Of a stretch of 14,076 bases of DNA, positions 1-6,879 are shown one piece after another (the first letter of the stretch is position 1; each line of letters starts with the position of its first letter). This DNA comes from Candidatus Fermentibacterales bacterium. GTDB lineage: Bacteria > Fermentibacterota > Fermentibacteria > Fermentibacterales > JAFGKQ01. Under the pieces are notes generated by a model. The model saw only the letters and a program-made list of their open reading frames with translations, searched no databases and was not told the origin of the DNA. The stretch is from positions 1 to 14,076 of the forward strand of contig JAFGKQ010000128.1 in assembly GCA_016928495.1 (NCBI GenBank), written 5' to 3'. The translations under genes were made by a program, and so were the position numbers.

Positions 1-140
1 AGGACCCACACGCCCCCTTCTCGGACGCCGCCCTGACCGAGACCCTGAGATCCATGGGCATAGACGTCAGGCGCCGGACAGTGGCGAACTACCGGACTCA
101 GATGGGAATCCCTCCCGCACGGAAAAGGAAGCGGTTCTGA
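1..140 (+). CDS. rpoN: RNA polymerase sigma-54 factor, C-terminal end (partial; the start lies upstream of the window)
   Basis: Reading from nt 3 gives ...SDAALTETLRSMGIDVRRRTVANYRTQMGIPPARKRKRF*. This matches the conserved RpoN-box C-terminus of sigma-54 (E. coli ...[28 protein letters not shown]). Stop TGA at 138-140. It is absent from the ORF track only because no start codon lies in the window. Confidence 0.8.
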   Translation, partial: DPHAPFSDAALTETLRSMGIDVRRRTVANYRTQMGIPPARKRKRF

Positions 141-175
141 CCGCCGGGCGGAACGGAAAGGAAAGCCCCTCGAAG

Positions 176-664
176 ATGGATGCAAGCATAGAGCTCGTAG
201 CTCTGGAGTACCCTGAAGGATCGAACATCATCCTCGGGCAGAGCCATTTCATCAAATCCGTCGAGGATCTCTACGAGGCGGTGGCCGGTACCGTGCCCGG
301 CAGCCCCTTCGGCCTGGCGTTCTCGGAGGCCTCCGGGCCCAGGCTGGTCAGGAGCGACGGCACGGATTCCGAGCTGCAGCGTGTGGCCGAGCAGAACCTG
401 ATGAGACTCGGCTGCGGGCACAGCTTCCTGGTCGTCCTGGGCAGCGCCTATCCGATACAGGTCCTCAACGCCATCAAGGCTGTCCCGGAGGTCTGCGGCA
501 TCCACTGCGCCACCGCCAACCCGGTCTCGGTCGTGGTCGCCAGAGCCACGGGAGGCGGGGCCATACTGGGCGTGATAGACGGCGAGTCCCCGCTGGCGGT
601 CGAATCGGACGGCGACAGGGACAGCAGGATCGAGCTGCTCAAGAGGTTCGGCTACAAGCGCTGA
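176..664 (+). CDS. small conserved hypothetical protein (162 aa). From memory it may belong to the ~160-aa adenosine-binding family annotated as adenosine-specific kinase; this is unverified.
   Basis: ATG at 176 preceded by a purine-rich GGAAAGGAAAG. Clean 162-aa ORF with a globular, non-repetitive composition. Motifs GHSFLVVLGSAYPIQVLNAIK and GGAILGVIDG look like a conserved small-domain protein. Convergent with the downstream minus-strand gene. Confidence 0.6.
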   Translation: MDASIELVALEYPEGSNIILGQSHFIKSVEDLYEAVAGTVPGSPFGLAFSEASGPRLVRSDGTDSELQRVAEQNLMRLGCGHSFLVVLGSAYPIQVLNAIKAVPEVCGIHCATANPVSVVVARATGGGAILGVIDGESPLAVESDGDRDSRIELLKRFGYKR

Positions 665-712
665 CATCCGATACCACCGAACCGGCGACGGAGAACCGGA
701 AGGCCACTCCGC

Positions 713-1654
713 TCACGGAGCCGCCTGGCCTGTCAGGGTCCGCCTCAGCGCCTCCTCGATCGGCGTTGCCGGTGACCATCCGCTGAGAGCCACGGTCTCG
801 CCCTTGTCCAGGTCCCAGCCCTCGGCAAGGAACTCCAGGCTCTTGTAGCGATCGAAGACGGGCGGCTTCCGGGAGAACAGGCCCGCCAGCTCCGACAGGC
901 GGCCCGCGAGCCTGACCAGTGCCCCCGGGACCGGGACGGTCAGGATCTTCCGCCCTGCTGCCCGCTCCAGCAGTCCCGCCAGCTCCCTCCAGCCGAAAGG
1001 CTCGGGGTATGCGGGAACGAGGGTCTTCGCGGTCACCGCCTCCTCGCGCGACGGCAGGCTGGCGAGCATCTCCGCGAGGTCCTCCACGTAGACCAGCGGT
1101 ACTCTGGCGCTCCTGCTTGCCGGCAGGAAGAGCAGCCCGGCCCTGGCCATCCCGAACAGCGGCGCTGTGGCCCGGTCACCCGGGCCGAAGACCGCCGGGG
1201 GACGCACGATGACCCATCTCTCGAACTTCCGCAGGCACATCTCGGCCAGCAGCTTGCTTCTTCCGTAGGGCCCAACGGGGACCCCTCCGGAGCCGCTGGG
1301 CCCGGCGGCGGATAGGCTGGACACGAGGACGAAGAGGGCCTCGGGAGCCGCCCTCGACCTGGCCTCCAGCAGGCAGCGCGTCGTCGCGACGTTCGCCCTG
1401 TCGAGCTCGTCCTGGCTCCTGCCGCTGGTCGCCCCGGCGGCATGGTAGATCGCGTCCACTCCCTGCATGCAGTCCGCGAGCTCGTCGACGTCGAGGAAAT
1501 CCAGCCTCCTGACGTCAAGGCTGCACGAGAGCTCCGGGAGCCTGGACGCTGGCCTGCACACCGGGACCAGATCGTGGCCGTCCCTCCGGAGACGGTCTGC
1601 CAGGTGGCTCCCGACGAACCCTGATACGCCCGTAAGGAAAGCTCTCATGCGCAT
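713..1654 (-). CDS. NAD(P)-dependent epimerase/dehydratase family protein (extended SDR). By context a candidate ketosphinganine-reductase-like (CerR-like) enzyme.
   Basis: N-terminal Rossmann motif MRAFLTGVSGFVGSHLADRLRRDGHDLV (GxxGxxG), typical of this family. 313-aa ORF; stop TGA(rc) at 713-715. The first ATG (1654) has GGAG directly abutting it. The second ATG (1648) has better SD spacing, so the true start may be 1648. Transcribed divergently from the + operon. Confidence 0.8.
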   Translation of the reverse strand: MRMRAFLTGVSGFVGSHLADRLRRDGHDLVPVCRPASRLPELSCSLDVRRLDFLDVDELADCMQGVDAIYHAAGATSGRSQDELDRANVATTRCLLEARSRAAPEALFVLVSSLSAAGPSGSGGVPVGPYGRSKLLAEMCLRKFERWVIVRPPAVFGPGDRATAPLFGMARAGLLFLPASRSARVPLVYVEDLAEMLASLPSREEAVTAKTLVPAYPEPFGWRELAGLLERAAGRKILTVPVPGALVRLAGRLSELAGLFSRKPPVFDRYKSLEFLAEGWDLDKGETVALSGWSPATPIEEALRRTLTGQAAP

Positions 1655-1669
1655 CTCCGTTGACTTGAC

Positions 1670-1698
1670 AGCCCGCCAGAATTAGAATCCAAGCCCAA
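1670..1698 (+). promoter_or_regulatory. sigma70-like promoter candidate for the + operon: TTGACT (1670-1675), 17-nt spacer, TAGAAT (1693-1698)
   Basis: Near-consensus -35 and -10 hexamers with canonical 17-nt spacing sit in the 85-nt divergent intergenic region, about 42 nt upstream of the ATG at 1740. This is a sequence match only. Confidence 0.4.
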
Positions 1699-1739
1699 CG
1701 TTACGACACCCGGTACACACTCGCAAGACAGGTTCAGCG

Positions 1740-2921
1740 ATGGACATCTTCCAGAAGTGCCTGGATTTCGACAGGGCCACCAGAGTGCGTGAGCAGGGCC
1801 TCTACCCCTATTTCATCCCGTTGAGCGGCCAGGTCGGCCCGGAGATGGAGATAGACGGCCGCAAGATCATCATGCTCGGCTCCAACAACTACCTCGGCCT
1901 GACCAACCACCCCACGGTCAAGCAGAAGGCGATCATGGCCCTCGAGAAGTATGGGACGGGCTGCACCGGCTCACGCTTCCTCAACGGCACGCTCGATCTG
2001 CACGTGATGCTGGAGGAGAAGCTGGCGGAGTTCCTCAAGAGCGAGAGGGTGCTGACCTTCAGCACGGGCTTCCAGACCAACCTGGGCGTGATATCGACGC
2101 TGGCCCACAAGGGCGACACCATCTTCGTCGACAGGTCCGACCACGCCTCCATCATAGACGGCACCAGGCTGAGCCACGCCAGGGTCTTCAAGTTCAGGCA
2201 CAACGACACCGGCCACCTCAGGCACCTCCTCGAGCGTGAGCGCGAGATGGGCGCCCTCCTGGTGGTCGACGGCGTCTTCAGCATGGAGGGGGATCTGGCC
2301 AACCTGCCCGAGATCCTGCCGCTGGCGCACGAGTTCAGGGCCAGGGTGATCGTGGACGACGCTCACGGAGTCGGGGTCATGGGCGAGCATGGCCGGGGCA
2401 CGGCGGAGCACTTCGGCGTAGAGGACCAGGTCGACATCCTGGTCGGCACCTTCAGCAAGTCCTTCGCCAGCATCGGCGGCTTCGCCTCGGGACCGGCCAA
2501 GGTCATGGACTACATCCAGCACGCTTCGAGGCCGCTCATCTTCTCTGCCAGCATGCCGCCGCCGGCTGTCGCGACCGTTCTCGCGGCACTGGAGGTCATC
2601 CAGGAGGAGCCGGAGAGGCTCGCCAACGTCCACAGGGCTGCCGACAGGGCCCGAGAGGGACTCCGGCAGCTCGGCTACGACATAGGGGACTCGTGTGCCG
2701 CTCCCATCATCCCGGTCATCATAGGCGACGACATGCTCACGTTCCTTACCTGGAAGAGGCTGTTCGAGGAGGGTGTGTTCACGAACGCGGTGATCAGCCC
2801 GGCGGTCGCTCCCGACAGGGCCATGCTCCGGACCAGCTACATGTCGACGCATACCGAGGAGTGCATCGACAGGGCTCTGGCGGCCTTCGAGAAGGTGGGC
2901 TCAGAGCTGGATCTGATCTGA
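1740..2921 (+). CDS. alpha-oxoamine synthase family PLP enzyme (class II aminotransferase fold). It is closest by motif to serine palmitoyltransferase rather than BioF/Kbl.
   Basis: 393 aa. PLP-lysine motif GTFSKSFASIGGF. Also GSRFLNGT, SDHASIIDG and DDAHGVGVMGEHGRG, characteristic of the AOS family. GTFSKS plus SR(F/M)LNGT is, from memory, the pattern of Sphingomonas SPT (GTFSKSLASLGGF, SRMLNGT) rather than of BioF (TFGKG), Kbl or ALAS (GTLGKA). Confidence 0.85.
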   Translation: MDIFQKCLDFDRATRVREQGLYPYFIPLSGQVGPEMEIDGRKIIMLGSNNYLGLTNHPTVKQKAIMALEKYGTGCTGSRFLNGTLDLHVMLEEKLAEFLKSERVLTFSTGFQTNLGVISTLAHKGDTIFVDRSDHASIIDGTRLSHARVFKFRHNDTGHLRHLLEREREMGALLVVDGVFSMEGDLANLPEILPLAHEFRARVIVDDAHGVGVMGEHGRGTAEHFGVEDQVDILVGTFSKSFASIGGFASGPAKVMDYIQHASRPLIFSASMPPPAVATVLAALEVIQEEPERLANVHRAADRAREGLRQLGYDIGDSCAAPIIPVIIGDDMLTFLTWKRLFEEGVFTNAVISPAVAPDRAMLRTSYMSTHTEECIDRALAAFEKVGSELDLI

Positions 2922-2934
2922 GCGGCATCCGGCC

Positions 2935-4074
2935 ATGGCCAGCGGACAGGTCAGGATCGAGCCGGTCTCCGGCAGATCGGGCATAGACGAGTTCATCGAC
3001 CTCCAGTTCCGCCTCTACCGCGACGATCCTCTCTGGGTGGAGCCGCTGAAGCACCCCCTCAGGAAGCTGCTCACTCCGGGGCAGCACCCCTTCTTCGAGC
3101 ACGCCGAGGTCCAGCACTTCATGGCGCGCGATTCCTCCGGGTCCGCCGTCGGCAGGGTGTCCGCCGTGGTCAACCGTGCCCACAACGAGTACCACTCCGA
3201 CAGCACCGGCTTCTTCGGCTTCTTGGAGGGCGTCCGTGACCGGGAGGTCTTCGCCGGCCTTCTGGATGCCGCGGCCGAGTGGGTCGGCGCAAGGGGAATG
3301 GACAGCCTTCGGGGCCCCGTCAACTACTCGACCAACGAGGAGACAGGGCTGCTCGTGAAGGGCTTCGACAGCAGCCCGGTGGTCATGATGACCTACAATC
3401 CCCGGTGGTACGCGGAGATGCTCGAGCAGGCCGGGATGACGAAGGCCGCCGACCTCCTGGCCTATCGGGTGGACCGGGATACGCTGAGGTCGGAGAGGTT
3501 CGGGAGGATAGCGAAGCTGGTCTCGAAGCGCTCGGGAGCCGTGTGCAGGCCCATGGACATGAGGCACTTCCGGGAAGAGGTCGCGATCATCCGCAGCATC
3601 TACAACGAGTGCTGGAAGCACAACTGGGGCTTCGTCCCGATGACCGATCGCGAGTTCGACCAGATGTCCAGAGAGCTGAGGACCGTGCTGATCCCTGACT
3701 TCGCCCCTATCGTGGAAGTCGCCGGAGAGCCGGTTGCCTTCGCTGCGGCCGTGGCCGACGCCAACCAGGCCGTAAGGGGTTCCGGGGGAAGCATGCTCAG
3801 GGCGCTGTTGCGTCTCAAGGTCCCACCCTTCAGAGTCAGGCCCGACGGGATGAGGGTGCTGCTCCTGGGAGTGCGGGAGTCCCACAGGCGAAGCGGCCTG
3901 GAGTGCCTGCTCATCGACCGGATAGTCGGAGCAGGTCTGGGCAGGGGCTACGACTGGGCGGAGCTCTCCTGGGTTCTCGAGCAGAACACGGCGATGAGGA
4001 GCATCCTGGAGAACGACCTCGGAGCAGTCCCCTACAAGACCTACAGGATCTACGAGAGACCGATCCGCAGCTGA
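2935..4074 (+). CDS. GNAT-fold / FemAB-like N-acyltransferase-domain protein. It resembles the BioF2-like acetyltransferase domain family found fused or adjacent to AOS enzymes. Candidate N-acyltransferase (bacterial ceramide-synthase-like).
   Basis: 379 aa. Starts 13 nt after the AOS stop, so probably translationally linked. C-terminal GNAT-like acyl-CoA-binding region LLLGVRESHRRSGLECLLIDRIVGAGLGRGYDWAELSWVLEQN. The family assignment comes from remembered motif patterns (GFFGFLE, YNPRWY, WGFVPMT), not from a search. Confidence 0.6.
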   Translation: MASGQVRIEPVSGRSGIDEFIDLQFRLYRDDPLWVEPLKHPLRKLLTPGQHPFFEHAEVQHFMARDSSGSAVGRVSAVVNRAHNEYHSDSTGFFGFLEGVRDREVFAGLLDAAAEWVGARGMDSLRGPVNYSTNEETGLLVKGFDSSPVVMMTYNPRWYAEMLEQAGMTKAADLLAYRVDRDTLRSERFGRIAKLVSKRSGAVCRPMDMRHFREEVAIIRSIYNECWKHNWGFVPMTDREFDQMSRELRTVLIPDFAPIVEVAGEPVAFAAAVADANQAVRGSGGSMLRALLRLKVPPFRVRPDGMRVLLLGVRESHRRSGLECLLIDRIVGAGLGRGYDWAELSWVLEQNTAMRSILENDLGAVPYKTYRIYERPIRS

Positions 4075-4089
4075 TGAAGGTGTTCCGGC

Positions 4090-5883
4090 ATGACCACTGA
4101 AGAGCTCAAGTCACTCTATCTGGATTTCTTCGGGCAGAAGGGCCACGCCGTGATCCCGGGCGCCTCCCTGATTCCGGAGAACGACCCCACGGTCCTCTTC
4201 ACGACGGCCGGCATGCACCCCCTGGTTCCGTTCCTGATGGGCGAGACGCATCCCGCCGGGAAGCGCCTGGTCAACTGCCAGAAGTGCATAAGGACCGGAG
4301 ACATCGGCGAGGTAGGTGACGCTACCCATCTGACATTCTTCGAGATGCTCGGGAACTGGTCTCTCGGGGACTACTTCAAGCGCGAGGCCATCGGCTGGAG
4401 CTTCGAGTTCCTCACGGACAGGAGATGGCTGGGCTTCGACAGCGGCCAGCTCCACGTGACCGTCTTCGCGGGAGACGATCTGGCCCCCCCTGACGAGGAG
4501 TCCGCAGCTCTGTGGGAGGAGCTTGGCATCCCCGGGGAGCGAATATACTACCTCGACAGGAGCGAGAACTGGTGGGGGCCGGCGGGGGCCACCGGGCCAT
4601 GCGGCCCAGATACGGAGATGTTCGTCGATACCGGTGCCCCGGCATGCGGGGAGGGGTGCCGGCCCGGCTGTGGTTGCGGCAAGTACTTCGAGGTCTGGAA
4701 CGATGTCTTCCTCTCGTTCAACAGGCTTCCCGACGGCACCTATGCACCTCTGGACAGGGTCTGCGTGGACACCGGGATGGGCGTGGAGAGGACGGTTGCC
4801 ATGATGAACGGCTACCGCTCCATCTACCAGGTGCCCGTCCTCGACACCCTGGCCGGCTTCGTGAGGAAGCTCTGCGGCGCCGGGGACAGGCCGGGCCCCG
4901 ATGCCCTCCGGTCCATCCGCGTAGTCGCGGACCATATCAGGACCTCGGTGCAGATACTGGGGGACGACCTGGGGGTGCCGCCGTCCAACCTGGACCAGGG
5001 CTACGTTCTGCGCAGGCTCATAAGGGTCGCGATCAGGCACGCCAGGAAGCTGGGCATCGACGATCCATTCACCGAGGCCATGGCCCGGCTTGCCATCGAG
5101 ACAGAGAAGAGCAGCTACCCGGAGCTTCAGCGCAACAGGGAGAGGATCCTGACGGAGATCGCCAGGGAGGAGGAGCAGTTCGGAAAGACGCTGAGGGCAG
5201 GCCTCAGGGAGTACGAGAAGCTGCTTCCGGGCCTTCTGAGGAACCCCGCGAGGATCATCCCGGGCAGGATCGCGTTCAGGCTGCATGATACCTACGGGTT
5301 CCCGGTCGAGTTCACCGTGGGCCTCGCGGCGGAGCACGGCCTGAGGGTCGACATGGATGGCTATCAGGCCGCCTTCGACAAGCACCGGGAGCTCTCCCGC
5401 AAGGGAGCCGAGCGCAAGTTCAGCGGGGGGCTGGCAGATCACAGCGCCATCGTGACCAGGCTCCACACCGCTACGCACCTGCTGCACCAGGCTCTCAGGA
5501 TGGTGCTGGGCGAGCATGTGGAGCAGAGGGGTAGCAATATCACTCACGAGAGGCTGCGCTTCGACTTCTCGCATCCCGAGAAGCTCACCGAGGAGCAGGT
5601 TCGTGAGGTAGAGGCGATAGTGAACCGCGTGATCGACGCCGACCTGCCCGTGGCCTGCGAGGAGATGACGGCCGAGGAGGCCGGCCGGAGGGGCGCCATC
5701 GGCCTTTTCGGGGACAGGTACGGGGACAGGGTTAAGGTCTACACCGTCGGTGAGTTCTCATGCGAGATCTGCGGCGGGCCCCACGTCACGCGGACCGGGG
5801 AGCTGGGGAGGTTCAGGATAGTGTCCGAGAAGAGCTCTTCCAGCGGTATCAGGAGGATAAGGGCGGTTCTGGAGGCAACATGA
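4090..5883 (+). CDS. alaS: alanine--tRNA ligase, unusually short form (597 aa). It has the catalytic, tRNA-recognition and editing-core regions but apparently no C-Ala domain and no beta-barrel subdomain.
   Basis: AlaRS class II signatures: FTTAGM, QKCIRTGDIGEVGDATHLTFFEMLGNWSLGDYFK, WGPAGATGPCGP, YFEVWNDVFLSFNR and DTGMGVER. Editing-site zinc ligands HTATHLLH (H459/H463) and CGGPHV (C561/H565). Their H-to-C spacing is identical to that of E. coli AlaRS (H564 to C666). The protein ends about 30 aa after the CGGPH motif. SD GAAGGTG lies before the ATG at 4090. Confidence 0.9.
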   Translation: MTTEELKSLYLDFFGQKGHAVIPGASLIPENDPTVLFTTAGMHPLVPFLMGETHPAGKRLVNCQKCIRTGDIGEVGDATHLTFFEMLGNWSLGDYFKREAIGWSFEFLTDRRWLGFDSGQLHVTVFAGDDLAPPDEESAALWEELGIPGERIYYLDRSENWWGPAGATGPCGPDTEMFVDTGAPACGEGCRPGCGCGKYFEVWNDVFLSFNRLPDGTYAPLDRVCVDTGMGVERTVAMMNGYRSIYQVPVLDTLAGFVRKLCGAGDRPGPDALRSIRVVADHIRTSVQILGDDLGVPPSNLDQGYVLRRLIRVAIRHARKLGIDDPFTEAMARLAIETEKSSYPELQRNRERILTEIAREEEQFGKTLRAGLREYEKLLPGLLRNPARIIPGRIAFRLHDTYGFPVEFTVGLAAEHGLRVDMDGYQAAFDKHRELSRKGAERKFSGGLADHSAIVTRLHTATHLLHQALRMVLGEHVEQRGSNITHERLRFDFSHPEKLTEEQVREVEAIVNRVIDADLPVACEEMTAEEAGRRGAIGLFGDRYGDRVKVYTVGEFSCEICGGPHVTRTGELGRFRIVSEKSSSSGIRRIRAVLEAT

Positions 5884-6836
5884 TCAAGCTCATGACTGCG
5901 CTTCTGCCGGTTCTCGTTCCCGCGGCGCTGGCTGCCAGCGCGGAGACCGACTACTCCGGCACCTGGGAGACGACCTACGGAAGGCTCGTCCTCGTCCAGG
6001 AGGGTTCCGATGTCCACGGGTGGTACTCCCTTCAGGGCCTGTGCACGGTCGAGGGCAGCGTTCAGGACGATGGCCGCCTGGTGTTCGAGTACACCGAGCC
6101 GTCAGCTTCCGGCAGCGGATGGTTCGCCCTGTCCGAGGACGGCTCCGGCTTCGAGGGCCAGTGGCGGGAGGACGGCTCCGCCACCTGGTATGGCTGGGAG
6201 GGCTACCGCCTCGACGGAAGCGGCTCCGGCTTCGGGAAGTGGCTTGTCGTCCTCGAGGCCGAGTGGCAGGAGAGCATGGAGGAGCAGGACTACTCGTTCG
6301 GCGAGATGCTCACCGCCTGGTTCGAGAGGGTCCCGGGCGTCGGGGTCCGGCACAGGTTCGTCCATGACACGCAGGACCTCGCACGCTTCTGCCTCGAGGC
6401 CGCTGCCCTCGATGGCGGCGAGATCATCCTGCTGCTCGCCTCGCACGGCTCAACGGAGGGGCTGGAGCTGCCCGGAGGAGTCGTCGATGCCCGCGATCTG
6501 CTCGAGGCTGTAGAGCCTCTTCGCGACAGGCTCGTCCTGATACACTTCAGCTCGTGCGAGGTCATGTCGGGCGGCGTGCCGTCCACGATGATGGGCAGGG
6601 CGGGCGGCGGCTGGCGCGAAGGCTTCGTGCTCTCCGGCTACGACAGAGCCGTCGACTGGCACCTGAGCGCGATAATCGAGATCCTCTACCTCGATCTGGT
6701 CCTGGAGCAGGGGCTCTCGCCCTCCGAAGCCGCGACCGCAGTTCTCGCCGGTCTCGACTTCGCCGGGAGCAGGTCGAGCCGCTGGTTCGAGCCTGCGGGG
6801 TTCACCTGGCTTGCGGCCGGCGGAGGCACCGACTAG
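5880..6836 (+). CDS. secreted protein. Sec signal peptide, then a Gly/Trp-rich beta-repeat region, then a C-terminal compact caspase-like (clan CD His-Cys dyad) domain.
   Basis: ATG at 5880 overlaps the alaS stop (ATGA) and has GGAGG at 5871-5875. The ORF-track start at 5760 lies inside alaS and is rejected. Signal peptide MIKLMTALLPVLVPAALAASA|ETD with an AxA cleavage site. C-terminal IILLLASHGSTEGLELPGGVVDARDLLEAV...DRLVLIHFSSCEV mirrors the caspase-3 catalytic region ([30 protein letters not shown]...KPKLFIIQACRG, recalled from memory). Confidence 0.75.
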   Translation: MIKLMTALLPVLVPAALAASAETDYSGTWETTYGRLVLVQEGSDVHGWYSLQGLCTVEGSVQDDGRLVFEYTEPSASGSGWFALSEDGSGFEGQWREDGSATWYGWEGYRLDGSGSGFGKWLVVLEAEWQESMEEQDYSFGEMLTAWFERVPGVGVRHRFVHDTQDLARFCLEAAALDGGEIILLLASHGSTEGLELPGGVVDARDLLEAVEPLRDRLVLIHFSSCEVMSGGVPSTMMGRAGGGWREGFVLSGYDRAVDWHLSAIIEILYLDLVLEQGLSPSEAATAVLAGLDFAGSRSSRWFEPAGFTWLAAGGGTD

Positions 6837-6879
6837 AAGCACCCTCTTCCCGACGGGACAGAGGGCAGGGAGGAAATAC

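Noticed and set aside
707-720. Short palindrome CTCCGCTCACGGAG at the convergence point of two genes as a bidirectional terminator
   Set aside because: Only a 5-bp stem with no U-tract, and it overlaps the stop codon of the minus-strand gene. Too weak to call a terminator.
1971-3885. Minus-strand ORFs 1971-2852 and 2794-3885
   Set aside because: Antisense to the AOS and acyltransferase genes. Arg/Asp/Gly-rich nonsense translations.
4111-5574. 487-aa minus-strand ORF antisense to alaS
   Set aside because: Translation is Pro/Arg/Gly-rich, low-complexity and has no motifs. The opposite strand encodes an unmistakable AlaRS. Long antisense ORFs are expected at this GC content.
5760-5879. ORF-track start of the secreted-protein gene at 5760, giving a 40-aa N-terminal extension
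   Set aside because: The extension lies inside alaS in another frame. The ATG at 5880 has a GGAGG SD and is immediately followed by a canonical signal peptide.
6811-6879. TTG start at 6811 for the M42 peptidase
   Set aside because: It overlaps the previous gene's 3' end and lacks an SD. The GTG at 6880 has AGGGAGG at optimal spacing.
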